From assembly GCA_046757525.1 (NCBI GenBank), contig JBHHYI010000001.1, positions 31,073 through 95,072 of the forward strand: a DNA stretch of 64,000 nt, given 5' to 3'. This stretch comes from a bacterium. GTDB taxonomy: Bacteria; Zhuqueibacterota; Zhuqueibacteria; Oceanimicrobiales; Oceanimicrobiaceae. Each line of letters starts with the position of its first letter. Position 1 is the stretch's first letter. The translations under genes and the position numbers were made by a program. Positions 33,537-47,016 of this stretch are shown one piece after another. The notes below the pieces were generated by a model that worked only from the letters and a program-made list of their open reading frames with translations, did not search any database and was not told where the DNA came from.

Positions 33537-35357
33537 TTGACCCTTGAGGCGCAGCCTATGAAAGTTCAGACAATGACCAACAATCTGCTGCGTGCCGTCC
33601 TGACCGCAGGACTTTTGGGGTTGTTCGTTGCTCCTCTGATAGCTGAGACGCCAAACTTTGGCACGATTTCCTACACCGTTGGAATCGATGAGACAAGTTA
33701 CGAATTCTTCCGCATAAGAATTGAAGTCAGCCACTTGCCGTCAAAAACCCTGACTTTGCGTATGCCGACGTGGTCGCCTGGCGCTTACCGCATTCGCGAT
33801 TACTCCAAGAATGTGACAAACTTCAAAGCCTTCGACAAGACCCACGCGCTGCTGAACGTCGAAAGAATTGGCGTGGACAGTTGGCAAGTGAAGCTACAAA
33901 GCGATTACGCCCTGGTTGAATACGAGGTAGAACCTGCTTTTGAATTTTGGTCTGGAAATAGTCTGGATTCGACTCACGCTCTGGTTCAAGGCCCGAGCAG
34001 CTTAATGTATTTAGAAGGGTTTGAGTCTAAACCCTGTTTAATAAAGTTTGAGGTGCCCGACGGGTGGGGGATCGTTTCATCGCTCAATAAGAGCGACAGC
34101 TTGAATTATTATGCCGAAAACTACCCGATTCTCATCGATTCGCCGGCGCTGTTAGGACGATTCAAACGCTATTCCTTTCGTTTAAACAACGTTCCTTTTT
34201 ATCTGATTCTTACGGGTGACATTTCGTTTCAAACAGAACCATTTCTAAAAATGGTGCAAGGAATTTGTGAGTACCAAATTGCGTTTTTTAAAGAGATTCC
34301 TTTTGAGAAATATGATTTTTTCTTTACCTTTTCGCCACGGCAATTCGGTGGCGGACTGGAACATGGGAATTCAACGGTGATTGGTCTCTCGAGTGCCAAA
34401 GTGTCCGAAGACATGACCAGGGTAGCAGAGGTCACGGCGCACGAATTCTTCCACGCCTGGAACGTGAAACGGATTAGACCAAAAGTCTTTAGCGCCAACG
34501 ATTACACCAAACAGGCGCGCACCAAAGACCTCTGGTTTAGCGAGGGGGTAACCAGTTATTACGCTACTTTGACTTTGCTGAGAACTGGAATTTGGGGTGA
34601 GAGTCGTTTCCTCGACGAGATGGAACAGGAAATCGTCCGGCTACAAATGAACCCCGATCGCCACCATTCCAGTGTAGAACTGGCGAGTTGGGCTGTTTGG
34701 GAGAGAGGGTTTGACCCTTCATTCATTTCTTATTACAACAAAGGTCAAATCCTGGGGTTGCTCCTGGATTTGAAAATCAGGGCGATCACCAACAACCGCT
34801 TTAGTTTGGACGATGTCATGCGTTTTATGAATTGGTGGTTTGCGAAACCCGGCGTTGGATTTGCGGAAGGCGACATCAAGAGAATGGTCAATACGGTTAG
34901 TCAAACGGACCTCTCGGGGTTCTTTGAGAAATACGTCGCCGGCACTGTGGAGCTTCCCTACCAGGAAATATTGGCAGCAGCCGGTTTAACCATTGACCTT
35001 ACCAGTGATTGGGTTCCCGATATCGGTGAGTTCCTGCTGGTGGGACCGCGCAACCGGGTCGTCACCGTGGAGGCGAATAGTCCGGCCGAGGCGGCAGGGT
35101 TGCGACGGCGGGATTACCTGGTGCAGATCGATGATGCCAAAGTTTCGTCGTTAAAGCAGGCGCGGGAAATCGTGCGATCAAAAAAAATCGGGTCCGAGCT
35201 GCATCTGAAAGTGTTGCGCAATAATGTCGAGTTAACCCTGCCGGTTGAGGTCGGTAAGAAAGAAATCGTTACCTGTGAAATCCGGCACGCCGACAATCCC
35301 GCGCCTTTGCAGGCGAGGATTTTTGAAGGGTGGTTAAAGGGGATGACTTGTAATTAG
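33537..35357 (+). CDS. M61 glycyl-aminopeptidase-family metallopeptidase with a C-terminal PDZ domain
   Basis: Signal peptide, HEFFHAWN zinc motif, PDZ-like C-terminus (GLRRRDYLVQIDD). Confidence 0.75.
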   Translation: MTLEAQPMKVQTMTNNLLRAVLTAGLLGLFVAPLIAETPNFGTISYTVGIDETSYEFFRIRIEVSHLPSKTLTLRMPTWSPGAYRIRDYSKNVTNFKAFDKTHALLNVERIGVDSWQVKLQSDYALVEYEVEPAFEFWSGNSLDSTHALVQGPSSLMYLEGFESKPCLIKFEVPDGWGIVSSLNKSDSLNYYAENYPILIDSPALLGRFKRYSFRLNNVPFYLILTGDISFQTEPFLKMVQGICEYQIAFFKEIPFEKYDFFFTFSPRQFGGGLEHGNSTVIGLSSAKVSEDMTRVAEVTAHEFFHAWNVKRIRPKVFSANDYTKQARTKDLWFSEGVTSYYATLTLLRTGIWGESRFLDEMEQEIVRLQMNPDRHHSSVELASWAVWERGFDPSFISYYNKGQILGLLLDLKIRAITNNRFSLDDVMRFMNWWFAKPGVGFAEGDIKRMVNTVSQTDLSGFFEKYVAGTVELPYQEILAAAGLTIDLTSDWVPDIGEFLLVGPRNRVVTVEANSPAEAAGLRRRDYLVQIDDAKVSSLKQAREIVRSKKIGSELHLKVLRNNVELTLPVEVGKKEIVTCEIRHADNPAPLQARIFEGWLKGMTCN

Positions 35358-35381
35358 AATCTGTTAACGTGGAGGATTGCC

Positions 35382-36107
35382 ATGTCTGATTCCGTGAGAG
35401 TAAAGCCTTACATTCTCAAGATCAAGAATTGGAAGATTCGCAACATGATCATGTTGTATCTCGATGCCAGGGAGAAGTTTCTCGCCTACCGCAAGATGAT
35501 TCGCAGCGGAGCTTTCTTGTCCTTTGAGCGAATAGAGGAAATCTGCGATATCTTGTTTGAAATAAAAGAGGACCACCATCTTCTGTTCAAGCGCCTTGTG
35601 GACCCAAAGAAAAAGAAATTTGAAAAGGATCATAAGATCATGCCAGGTGAAGTGGAAACAGAGTTCATGAATAATGTGGGGTTGCTGTTTCACAAGATGA
35701 TGGTTGCTAAGGAATTCAAATACCTGATGGAACGCTATTTGGAGGACAGCGACACCTTCAAGAAAAGCAGCGGTGAATTACAATACCAATTGATGAAGAT
35801 CGACAAGCTCTTTGACGATGGCATCGAGATATTGAAGACCATGATTGCTAAGTATAACGACAACATTTTGTTGCTAACGCTTTTGCTCGAGGATCCAACG
35901 AGAACCAGGAAACACTTTGGACAGAACGTCGCAGAAATCCTCGAGCAATTCGTTGGCGGCCAGGGGCTGGATGAAGTCTATTATTCTGTCGGGAAGTTTT
36001 ATGTTGAGAGTGGGTGGAAAGAGAAAGCCAAAAGCATGTTGAAAGAAGCCTTGAGAAGAAATCCTCAGCATCAGCCTGCCAGGCAACAGCTCTCTTATCT
36101 GATGTAG
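35382..36107 (+). CDS. hypothetical protein (helical, TPR-like C-terminus)
   Basis: Long open frame with coding-like composition. No recognisable catalytic motif. Confidence 0.4.
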   Translation: MSDSVRVKPYILKIKNWKIRNMIMLYLDAREKFLAYRKMIRSGAFLSFERIEEICDILFEIKEDHHLLFKRLVDPKKKKFEKDHKIMPGEVETEFMNNVGLLFHKMMVAKEFKYLMERYLEDSDTFKKSSGELQYQLMKIDKLFDDGIEILKTMIAKYNDNILLLTLLLEDPTRTRKHFGQNVAEILEQFVGGQGLDEVYYSVGKFYVESGWKEKAKSMLKEALRRNPQHQPARQQLSYLM

Positions 36108-36261
36108 TGACCCCCGTCTGTGCCATTGCACAAGAAGAGAGTTCCTGTGACTCGACCGCTATCTATTGACTTTTGTCTCCAAATTTGTTTTCTTACTCTA
36201 ATAAATTGCTGGCGAATCTTGAAAGTCTTACAGGAAGGAAACGAAAGGTCTTCGTCGATCT

Positions 36262-38484
36262 ATGCAAGAGACTGCGGTTACTAAGGAATTAGCCCTCGCC
36301 CATGGGCTGTCGGAAGAGGAGTTTGAACGCATCCTCAAGATACTCGACCGGACGCCCACGTTTACCGAGTTAGGCATCTTTTCGGTCATGTGGTCTGAGC
36401 ACTGCAGCTACAAGAACTCCATCGCTTTGCTCAAGACCTTGCCTCGCGAAGGCCGCCATCTGCTCGTCAAGGCAGGAGAGGAGAACGCGGGGTTGGTAGA
36501 CATCGGCGACGGTTTGGCGGTTGCTTTCAAAATCGAAAGTCACAATCACCCCTCAGCGGTGGAGCCGTATCAGGGGGCAGCCACAGGTGTGGGCGGCATC
36601 ATGCGTGACATCTTTTCCATGGGAGCGCGGCCCATTGCTTCGCTCAATTCTCTGCGGTTTGGTTCTTTGGCAGACCCAAAGGTTCGGTATCTGTTCAACG
36701 GCGTTGTCAAAGGTATTGGGGATTACGGCAATTGTTTCGGGGTGCCGACAGTTGCCGGTGAAATCTATTTTGACGAAAGTTTCCAGGGCAATCCTCTGGT
36801 CAACTGCATGGCTGTTGGCATCGTAGAACATGGGGCCATCGCCCGTGCGATGGCACAGGGTGAAGGGCATTCGGTCATGATCATCGGTTCTGCCACAGGA
36901 CGGGATGGCATTCATGGAGCTACCTTCGCCTCGGAGGAAATCGATGCCGGCTCTGAGGCCCGACGCCCTCAGGTGCAGGTCGGCGATCCGTTTACCGAAA
37001 AGCTGCTGTTAGAAGCCACATTGGAAATGATCGCGAAGGGACTTGTGGTCGGCATTCAAGACATGGGCGCGGCCGGCATTACTTGTTCCACCAGCGAGAT
37101 GTCAGCCAAAGGCGACGGTGGCATGGTGGTTGATCTGAACAAGGTTCCTCTGCGCGAAGAAGGCATGAGCGCCTATGAGATCATGCTGTCAGAGTCCCAG
37201 GAACGTATGTTGGTGGTAGTCAAGCAAAGTGACGAAGCGGCGGTTAAGGCTATCTGTGACAAATGGGATTTGAATGCCGAGACCATTGGCAGAGTAACCA
37301 AAGATTCCAATATCAAAGTAAAATTGAACGGCGCCATAGTGGCCGATATTCCCGCCAGGGTTTTGGTGTTAGGCGGCGGAGCCCCCGTGTACCAAAGAGA
37401 AGCCCGACAACCTGACTACATCGCCGCGGTTCGCAACTTTGATTTTGACTCACTCGCTACGCCTGACGATTACGTAGAAACGCTCGGCAAACTCCTGGCC
37501 TCTCCCAACATCGCAAGCAAAGAATGGGTCACGCAGCAGTACGACCACATGGTGCAGACCAACACCGTGGTGTTTCCAGGCTCAGATGCGGCGGTTGTGC
37601 GGATCAAAGGCACCAACCGGGGATTGGCGTTGAAAACCGACTGCAACAGTCGTTACGTCTATCTAAATCCAAAAAGAGGAGCGATGATTGCGGTAGCAGA
37701 ATCTGCACGCAATGTGGTGTGCTCAGGTGCCAAACCTGTGGCCATTACCAACTGTCTGAATTTTGGCAACCCTTACAAACCTGAGTTGTTCTGGCAGTTC
37801 AAAGAAGCCGTGGCCGGAATAGCCGAAGCCTGCACCATTCTGGAAACCCCGGTTACGGGGGGCAATGTTAGCTTTTACAATGAAAATCCGCAAGGTGCCG
37901 TGTACCCAACCCCGGTCATTGGCATGCTCGGTTTAGTCGAGGATTTAAGGCATGTGACCACCGCCTGGTTTAAGGATGAAGGAGATGTCATACTGTTATT
38001 GGGAGAAAACCGGGGAGAAGTCGGTGGCAGCGAATATTTGAAAATTCAGTTCGATAAAGTAGCCGGGGATTGTCCCTCTCTGGTTTTGCCGTTTGAAAAA
38101 CGGCTGCAATCGGCTTGTTTAGAGGCCATCCACCGGGGACTGGTAAAGTCAGCGCATGACGTGTCTGAAGGTGGCCTAACTGTTGCGCTGGCCGAGTGCT
38201 GTTTTCTGAATCCCGAACAGAATCTGGGTGCAAGAATCGAATTGGGTCTACCCGGACGGGTCGACTTCCTGCTTTTTGGCGAGGACCAATCACGAATCGT
38301 CCTCTCCGCGGTCAGAGAACAGGTTGAGGAGCTAAGGAGGCTTTGTGAGGCGCATGAAGTCCCGTTGAGCGTTCTTGGCCAAGTAGGTGGCAAGGCGCTG
38401 GTTGTCAATGACCTGATCCAGGTCGATGTGGACCGTCTCGAGTCGATTTGTCGAATGGCAATCAAGAACAAAATGGAGCACTGA
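36262..38484 (+). CDS. purL: phosphoribosylformylglycinamidine synthase subunit PurL (FGAM synthase II)
   Basis: 740 aa with duplicated AIR-synthase-like domains ([19 protein letters not shown]). Confidence 0.95.
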   Translation: MQETAVTKELALAHGLSEEEFERILKILDRTPTFTELGIFSVMWSEHCSYKNSIALLKTLPREGRHLLVKAGEENAGLVDIGDGLAVAFKIESHNHPSAVEPYQGAATGVGGIMRDIFSMGARPIASLNSLRFGSLADPKVRYLFNGVVKGIGDYGNCFGVPTVAGEIYFDESFQGNPLVNCMAVGIVEHGAIARAMAQGEGHSVMIIGSATGRDGIHGATFASEEIDAGSEARRPQVQVGDPFTEKLLLEATLEMIAKGLVVGIQDMGAAGITCSTSEMSAKGDGGMVVDLNKVPLREEGMSAYEIMLSESQERMLVVVKQSDEAAVKAICDKWDLNAETIGRVTKDSNIKVKLNGAIVADIPARVLVLGGGAPVYQREARQPDYIAAVRNFDFDSLATPDDYVETLGKLLASPNIASKEWVTQQYDHMVQTNTVVFPGSDAAVVRIKGTNRGLALKTDCNSRYVYLNPKRGAMIAVAESARNVVCSGAKPVAITNCLNFGNPYKPELFWQFKEAVAGIAEACTILETPVTGGNVSFYNENPQGAVYPTPVIGMLGLVEDLRHVTTAWFKDEGDVILLLGENRGEVGGSEYLKIQFDKVAGDCPSLVLPFEKRLQSACLEAIHRGLVKSAHDVSEGGLTVALAECCFLNPEQNLGARIELGLPGRVDFLLFGEDQSRIVLSAVREQVEELRRLCEAHEVPLSVLGQVGGKALVVNDLIQVDVDRLESICRMAIKNKMEH

Positions 38485-38525
38485 AGCCGTTGCAAGCATT
38501 TCGAGTTAACCGTTGAGGAGGAAAA

Positions 38526-40328
38526 TTGAACCCCAAGAGCACTTTGCATCCGAGAGAAATCAAAAACGTGTCCATTAACCACGAGGAGCTTTCGATTGAA
38601 AAATTGTTGTCCGTTTCAAGATACTTTGCCAGAGTGGCGCCCTTCGAGGGGCCGAAACGACAAAAAGTGGATGCTGTGCGGAAATATGTGGAAGAGAACT
38701 GGCTCAGTGACTCAGCCCAACCACGCTACGGATTCAACACTGGCATCGGTTCTTTGAAAGGCGTCAAGATATCGCAGGACAACATCGAGAAATTTCAGCA
38801 GCATTACGTCAAGTCCCACAGCGTGGGCGTCGGAGAGCCTCTGGCCGTCGAAATCGTACGAGGGGCCATGCTCATTCAGGCCAACGCCCTGTCCATGGGT
38901 TTTTCCGGCGTCAGAGCTTTGGTCGTCGACAAACTCATCGAGATGCTGAACAAGAAGGTTCATCCGGTGGTGCCGGAGCAAGGCTCTTTGGGAGCCAGCG
39001 GCGACCTGGCACCTCTCACACACATAGCGTCCGTGCTGGTGGGGGAGGACGACGCTGAAATCTGGATCGGCTCCAGGCGCGCGAAAATCAGTGAGCTCAC
39101 AGAGGCTTCCGGTGCCATTTCGTTCGAGCAAGAAGGCCGCACCATTTCCTTTGAACCCATTCGGTTGCAGGGCAAAGAGGCGGTGTCCCTTACCAATTCC
39201 ACGGCAGTCATGCTTGCCGTTGCCGCCCATTTGGTCTTTGATGCCGAGGTGGTGTTGAAAAATGCGGACATCTCTGGTGCCTTGAGCCTCGAGGCCATGA
39301 TGTGCGAAGCCAGCGCCTTTTCCGAGGATTTGCACCGACTGAGAAATCAGGTTGGCCAGATTAACACGGCAAAAAACATCAGCGCTCTGGTTCAGAACAG
39401 CAAGCGCATGACTTCCGAGGCCCGTCTTCAGTACTTTCAGACAACGACCGGGAGGCAGTTGAACGAGAAACTGAAAGACTCTCCCCTGAAGGAATTTGTT
39501 TCAGAAATTAGCCGGTATAAGAAGGAGCATGAGTTTGAGAAGGATCGGATTCAGGATGCCTATTCGCTGCGGTGCATCCCTCAGGTGCATGGTGCTTGCA
39601 AGGACGCTTTCAATTACGTTAAGAACATCGTAAATCTGGAGTTAAGCGCCGTGACGGATAATCCTGTCATTTTCCCAGAAAGGAGGGAGGATGGGTTTGT
39701 GGCCAGAAGCGGCGGCAATTTTCACGGCGAACCGTTAGCCCTGGCCATGGATTTCCTCAGCATTGCGCTATCCGAAATTGGCAGCATTGCTGAAAGGCGC
39801 CTGTTTCGGATGCTGAGTCCCGGCATGAGCTTTGGCCTGCCGAGAAATCTTTCCGGCGGTGAGGTTGGCGTCAATTCGGGCTACATGATTGTTCAGTACA
39901 CAGCCGCGCAACTCGTGGCGGAAAACAAAATCCTGGCTCACCCCGCCAGCGTCGACAGCATTCCGACCTCAGACAACCAGGAAGACCACGTCAGCATGGG
40001 GCTCACCGCGGCCAGAAAATGTCTAAGGATCGCAAAAAATGTTCAGTACCTGATTGCCATGGAGTACCTTTGTGCGGTGCAGGGGTTGCACCTGAGTGCC
40101 CTGGAGGCTTCCGTCAATTTTGAGAAATTTCCTCTGGGCGCTGGAACGACCCTGGCATTTGATTTTCTCAGGAATTGGAAGATAAAATCCGGAAACAGCG
40201 AAAAATACCCGTTCCAGCTCATGCGGGACGATGAATATGTCAAGACAAAAATCGAAATCATGCGAGCGTTGTGTGCCGAAGGCACCATCGTGAATGAAGT
40301 TGAAAAAAGGGTTAAACTTTTAGTGTAA
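38526..40328 (+). CDS. hutH: MIO-dependent aromatic/histidine ammonia-lyase (probable histidase)
   Basis: GSLGASGDLAPLTH MIO-forming Ala-Ser-Gly motif. 600 aa, longer than typical HAL. Confidence 0.75.
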   Translation: MNPKSTLHPREIKNVSINHEELSIEKLLSVSRYFARVAPFEGPKRQKVDAVRKYVEENWLSDSAQPRYGFNTGIGSLKGVKISQDNIEKFQQHYVKSHSVGVGEPLAVEIVRGAMLIQANALSMGFSGVRALVVDKLIEMLNKKVHPVVPEQGSLGASGDLAPLTHIASVLVGEDDAEIWIGSRRAKISELTEASGAISFEQEGRTISFEPIRLQGKEAVSLTNSTAVMLAVAAHLVFDAEVVLKNADISGALSLEAMMCEASAFSEDLHRLRNQVGQINTAKNISALVQNSKRMTSEARLQYFQTTTGRQLNEKLKDSPLKEFVSEISRYKKEHEFEKDRIQDAYSLRCIPQVHGACKDAFNYVKNIVNLELSAVTDNPVIFPERREDGFVARSGGNFHGEPLALAMDFLSIALSEIGSIAERRLFRMLSPGMSFGLPRNLSGGEVGVNSGYMIVQYTAAQLVAENKILAHPASVDSIPTSDNQEDHVSMGLTAARKCLRIAKNVQYLIAMEYLCAVQGLHLSALEASVNFEKFPLGAGTTLAFDFLRNWKIKSGNSEKYPFQLMRDDEYVKTKIEIMRALCAEGTIVNEVEKRVKLLV

Positions 40329-40330
40329 AC

Positions 40331-41731
40331 ATGTCTGCAATAAGGCCCACACTTCCCAAAGGAACCCGAGATTTTTTGCCCGAACAGATGGTTCGGCGGC
40401 AATTTGTTTTTGACACCATAAAAACCATCTTCGAAAAGTACGGTTACGAACCGCTGGAAACGCCCTCCATTGAGAAGCTCGACGTTCTGTCGGGCAAATA
40501 TGGGGATGAGGGCGAGCAGTTGCTGTTTAAAGTGCTGAGACGTGGCACCGGTCTTGAACAGTTGCAGCGCGGTCGGCAGGAATTTGTGGTGAGAGAATAT
40601 TCTCAACTGGTCGAGGAAGCCCTCAGGTACGACCTCACCGTGCCGTTGAGCCGGGTCGTGGCCATGCATCAGAATGAACTCATCTTGCCCTTTAAGCGCT
40701 ACCAAATCCAGCCGGTTTGGCGGGCGGACCGGCCACAGCGGGGCAGGTACCGTGAGTTTTATCAATGCGATATCGACACGGTTGGCACCAAGTCCATGCT
40801 TGCTGATGCGGAAGCCATCGCCGTTGTTCACGAAGTGTTGGCCACGTTGGGGTTCGAAAACTTTTCGATTAGAATCAACAACCGGAAAGTTTTAAACGGG
40901 CTGCTCATTCATGCTGGCATTGCCCCCGAGGCCGGAGACGCCGTTTTTGTTGTCATCGACAAATTGGATAAGATTGGCCTTGCAGGTGTGAAAAGCGAGC
41001 TGGAAAAGCTTGGCCTCTCCGGCAAGCAGGTGGACAAAGTGCTCTCTGTACTGCAGTTGTCCGGGGAAAGCGACTCCGTGTTGTCCGAACTCAAGAGTAC
41101 ATTAAAGGACAGTGAAGCGTTAGCAGAAGGGGTCGATGAGCTTCGGAAAATCGTTACCTACCTGAACGCAATGGGGATTCCTGAATCCCATTACAAAATC
41201 GACCTTTACCTGGTGCGCGGGTTGAGCTACTACACCGGCCCAATCCACGAATCCGTCATCGAGGAGCCGAAAATGGGGAGCCTGACCGGTGGCGGCAGGT
41301 ATGACTGCTTGATCGGGATGTTTCTCGGTCGCGACATTGCCGCCACTGGAACTGCGTTTGGCGTGGAACGAATTATCGACGTGATGACGCAATTGGAGAT
41401 GTTTCCGGAATCGCAAAACAGCACCCAGGTACTGGTGACCCAATTCGACGATTCCACCGTGGAGGCCAGTTTAGGGTACGTGCAATTGCTGCGAGGTGCC
41501 GGAATCGCCGCGGAATTCTATTTTGAAGCTGCCAAAATGAAGAAGCAATTGTCTTACGCCAACAAGAAAGCCATTCCGTATGTGGCGTTCGTCGGCCCTG
41601 ATGAAGTGACGAAAAATCAAGTGACCCTCAAAGACATGCGCAGCGGGGACCAGCAGACGTTGGCGGTAACGTCCTCCCTTGAGATGCTGAAAAAGAAGAT
41701 TTACGGACCTGGAGGGCGAGGTAATCAATAA
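40331..41731 (+). CDS. hisS: histidine--tRNA ligase
   Basis: Class II motifs (TRDFLP, RYREFYQCDID) and a C-terminal anticodon-binding domain. Confidence 0.9.
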   Translation: MSAIRPTLPKGTRDFLPEQMVRRQFVFDTIKTIFEKYGYEPLETPSIEKLDVLSGKYGDEGEQLLFKVLRRGTGLEQLQRGRQEFVVREYSQLVEEALRYDLTVPLSRVVAMHQNELILPFKRYQIQPVWRADRPQRGRYREFYQCDIDTVGTKSMLADAEAIAVVHEVLATLGFENFSIRINNRKVLNGLLIHAGIAPEAGDAVFVVIDKLDKIGLAGVKSELEKLGLSGKQVDKVLSVLQLSGESDSVLSELKSTLKDSEALAEGVDELRKIVTYLNAMGIPESHYKIDLYLVRGLSYYTGPIHESVIEEPKMGSLTGGGRYDCLIGMFLGRDIAATGTAFGVERIIDVMTQLEMFPESQNSTQVLVTQFDDSTVEASLGYVQLLRGAGIAAEFYFEAAKMKKQLSYANKKAIPYVAFVGPDEVTKNQVTLKDMRSGDQQTLAVTSSLEMLKKKIYGPGGRGNQ

Positions 41732-41738
41732 AGGGTAA

Positions 41739-41796
41739 GGGACTGGCTCTCAAAGGAGCAGTGCAGAGAAGCAGGAGCCAGTCCCCCTTGTTTTTG
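41739..41796 (+). terminator. terminator-like long hairpin after hisS
   Basis: gggactggctc ... gagccagtccc 11-bp stem followed by CCTTGTTTTTG. Confidence 0.55.
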
Positions 41797-42219
41797 ACCT
41801 CCGCAGTGATGCTATGCCATAGGGTTGGAATGGAGATCAAAACCTTTTAACAAAATTCAGGAATTCCTTTTCCCGTCCGAGAATGAATGTGACGAGGAAT
41901 TTCTTGCAACTCGTCATATTTTCTACAGTCAGGCATCCGTGCCTATTTTGTCAAATCCAGTTGCCTGTGTCCCTGCAAACGCAATGCCAGTGTAATCGGC
42001 AAGAGAGTAATTGGCATTAAGATATTGTTTTTATTCAGGAAGATTTTTTAGAAGGACAGGGATTCTCGGTCATTGCCTGGTAGTAGCTGAAACACTGTCT
42101 TGCCATGAAACATGGGGTTGTATTTGCACGGCTGTCTGATGCTAAACCTATTACCACTTTCGAGGCGCCTATCACAGCCATGGTTTTAGCACTTCAATTC
42201 TTACTTCGAGTCCGGACGT

Positions 42220-42540
42220 TCAGGGCTTGGAATCAGTTAGCTCGGGCTTCTTTTCCAACTGCTCGAATTCATCGCTTGCTTTTTGAAAAACCTGCAACCA
42301 GAGCTCCGGGTTCGCGTCAAGATATTGAATGGTATTTTCCAACTCTTCGGGGGTAACGTTGAACTGCTTCAGAATTCTCTTTTGGGCTTCCAGAGAATCC
42401 GCAGCGGAGTGATATTGGCTTTGTAGAACCAATTGGATATAAAGGTCGGTAAATTGATCGAGGTCCAGGATGTCTTCCGGCTTCTGCCTGGAACAGGAAA
42501 GCAGAAGCATTATGGCAATAAGTGCTATTTGGAGTCTCAT
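42220..42540 (-). CDS. small lipoprotein (hypothetical)
   Basis: MRLQIALIAIMLLLSCS lipobox signal. 106 aa. Confidence 0.4.
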   Translation of the reverse strand: MRLQIALIAIMLLLSCSRQKPEDILDLDQFTDLYIQLVLQSQYHSAADSLEAQKRILKQFNVTPEELENTIQYLDANPELWLQVFQKASDEFEQLEKKPELTDSKP

Positions 42541-42676
42541 TTTTTCAACCAAAGCGCTCGTTAGTCAACTACCTAAAGGTATGAAAACATTGAAAGAGTG
42601 TCAATAGCTCAGCCAAAATGCTCTTGACTTTTTACATAAATTTTGATAATTTGAATTGAAATAAGAAGAATTCCAA

Positions 42677-45192
<2,516 letters not shown>

Positions 45193-45213
45193 CATTTAGA
45201 GTAGGAGGGTGGC

Positions 45214-45531
45214 GTGAATTTTGTCTCATTATTGTTAATGCTGAGTGGTTCAGGTGGCCAACAAGCAGGCAATCCATTAGCCATGTGGCTACCCATCATC
45301 TTAATATTTGTCATCATGTATTTTTTGATCTTTCGACCGCAAGCCAAAAAGCAGAAGCAACACCAGGCTATGGTCGATTCTCTCAAGAAAGGCGACAAAG
45401 TCATTACAGCGGGAGGTATTTACGGCTCCATTGCGGGGCTTAAGGAAAAGGAGAAAACGATCATCGTCAAAATCGATGACCATGTGAAAATTGAAGTCTC
45501 CCGCAGTTCTATTGCGAAAAAATTGGAGTGA
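45214..45531 (+). CDS. yajC: preprotein translocase subunit YajC
   Basis: Single TM segment followed by FRPQ.KKQK...GDKV..GGI.G. Confidence 0.85.
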   Translation: MNFVSLLLMLSGSGGQQAGNPLAMWLPIILIFVIMYFLIFRPQAKKQKQHQAMVDSLKKGDKVITAGGIYGSIAGLKEKEKTIIVKIDDHVKIEVSRSSIAKKLE

Positions 45532-45535
45532 GTTG

Positions 45536-46087
45536 ATGGCTGTTCTTCCTATTATCAAGTATGGCAATCCAATTCTGCGGGTGCAGACAAGCCCGGTTGC
45601 TGAGATCACTGAGGAACATCGCATTTTGGTTGACGACATGATCGAAACCATGCAAGAAGCTGAAGGCGTTGGTCTCGCGGCACCGCAGGTAGCGGAATCC
45701 ATCGCTGTGTGCATAGTGGATTTGGGGCTGATCGAAGAGGGCGCAGCGCCCAAGGCCTACATCAATCCCGTGATTTTACAGGTCGAAGGTTCTGAGAGCC
45801 TGGAGGAGGGCTGTTTGAGCATCCCGGATATTCGCGAAGAAGTCATTCGGCCGCAGATCATTCAGGTGAAGTATTTGGATCTGTACGGCACCGAACACGA
45901 AGAAGTCTGTGGCGGCATGCTCTCGCGGGTTTTGCAGCATGAAATCGATCACCTCAACGGTGTCTTGTTCATAGACAGGATTAGCTCGATCAAGAGAAAG
46001 CTGCTGGCAAAAAAGTTGAAGAGGATTGCTGAAAAAAGTGGCAGAACCAATGGAGTCGCAGCGCACATGGTCAAAGGCGCTTTATGA
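45536..46087 (+). CDS. def: peptide deformylase
   Basis: GVGLAAPQ, EGCLS and HEIDHLNG motifs. Confidence 0.9.
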   Translation: MAVLPIIKYGNPILRVQTSPVAEITEEHRILVDDMIETMQEAEGVGLAAPQVAESIAVCIVDLGLIEEGAAPKAYINPVILQVEGSESLEEGCLSIPDIREEVIRPQIIQVKYLDLYGTEHEEVCGGMLSRVLQHEIDHLNGVLFIDRISSIKRKLLAKKLKRIAEKSGRTNGVAAHMVKGAL

Positions 46088-47016
46088 AATTGTTATTCAT
46101 GGGAACGCCGGATTTTGCGGTTCCCAGTTTGAGAGCCTTGCAAGCCAGCCAGCATGAAGTTATGAGTGTGGTAACGGCAACCGACAAACCCTGTGGCCGC
46201 GGGCTCAAGATTAAACCTTCACCAGTTAAGCAAGTTGCAAAACAATTAGGCCTGCCCGTTCTGCAGCCCACCGATTTGAAAGATTCTAAGTTCATTGAAG
46301 ACATCCAACGTCTAAACGCTGAGCTTTTTGTAGTTGTTGCGTTCCGAATTTTACCCCCTGAAGTGTTTACACTCCCCCCTCATGGCACCATAAATCTGCA
46401 TGCCTCCTACTTGCCGAAATATCGTGGTGCAGCTCCCATCAATTGGGCCATAATCAACGGTGAAAAGGAGACCGGCGTAACCATTATTCAAATCAATGAA
46501 AAGGTCGATACCGGGGAGATCGTCTTGCAAGAAAAGGTTCCAATAGGGGCCGAAGAAACTGCGGGCGAGCTTCACGACCGTTTGGCCACGATTGGGGCGG
46601 AGTGTTTGCTAAGAGCGGTCGCATTGATTGAGTCCGGCAATGTGGCGACAATCCGACAAACTGAAGAAGGGAGCAGAGCGCCCAAACTCTCCAGGGAATT
46701 GTGCCACATTCAATGGAATCAACCGGCCGAAACGATTTACAATCTGGTGCGTGGGTTGTGTCCGGTGCCAGGCGCGTACACGAATTTACGTGGGAAAATG
46801 ATTAAACTGTATCGCGTGAGGCCCGCGGGCCATGCCCCCACAAGTGCAGCGCCCGGAGAAATCGTTCGCCGCGGCAACAGGCCGGGCACCCTTGCTGTTG
46901 CCACCGGAGCCGGTTTACTCCACATTCAGGAACTCCAGCCCGAGGGCAAACGTAGAATGTCCGCAGAAGACTTTTTGCGGGGGCATCCTTTGAAAGCAGG
47001 GGACCGATTTGAATAA
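46084..47016 (+). CDS. fmt: methionyl-tRNA formyltransferase
   Basis: MKLLFMGTPDFAVPSL N-terminus and formyltransferase core (INLHASYLPKYRGAAPI). Confidence 0.9.
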   Translation: MKLLFMGTPDFAVPSLRALQASQHEVMSVVTATDKPCGRGLKIKPSPVKQVAKQLGLPVLQPTDLKDSKFIEDIQRLNAELFVVVAFRILPPEVFTLPPHGTINLHASYLPKYRGAAPINWAIINGEKETGVTIIQINEKVDTGEIVLQEKVPIGAEETAGELHDRLATIGAECLLRAVALIESGNVATIRQTEEGSRAPKLSRELCHIQWNQPAETIYNLVRGLCPVPGAYTNLRGKMIKLYRVRPAGHAPTSAAPGEIVRRGNRPGTLAVATGAGLLHIQELQPEGKRRMSAEDFLRGHPLKAGDRFE

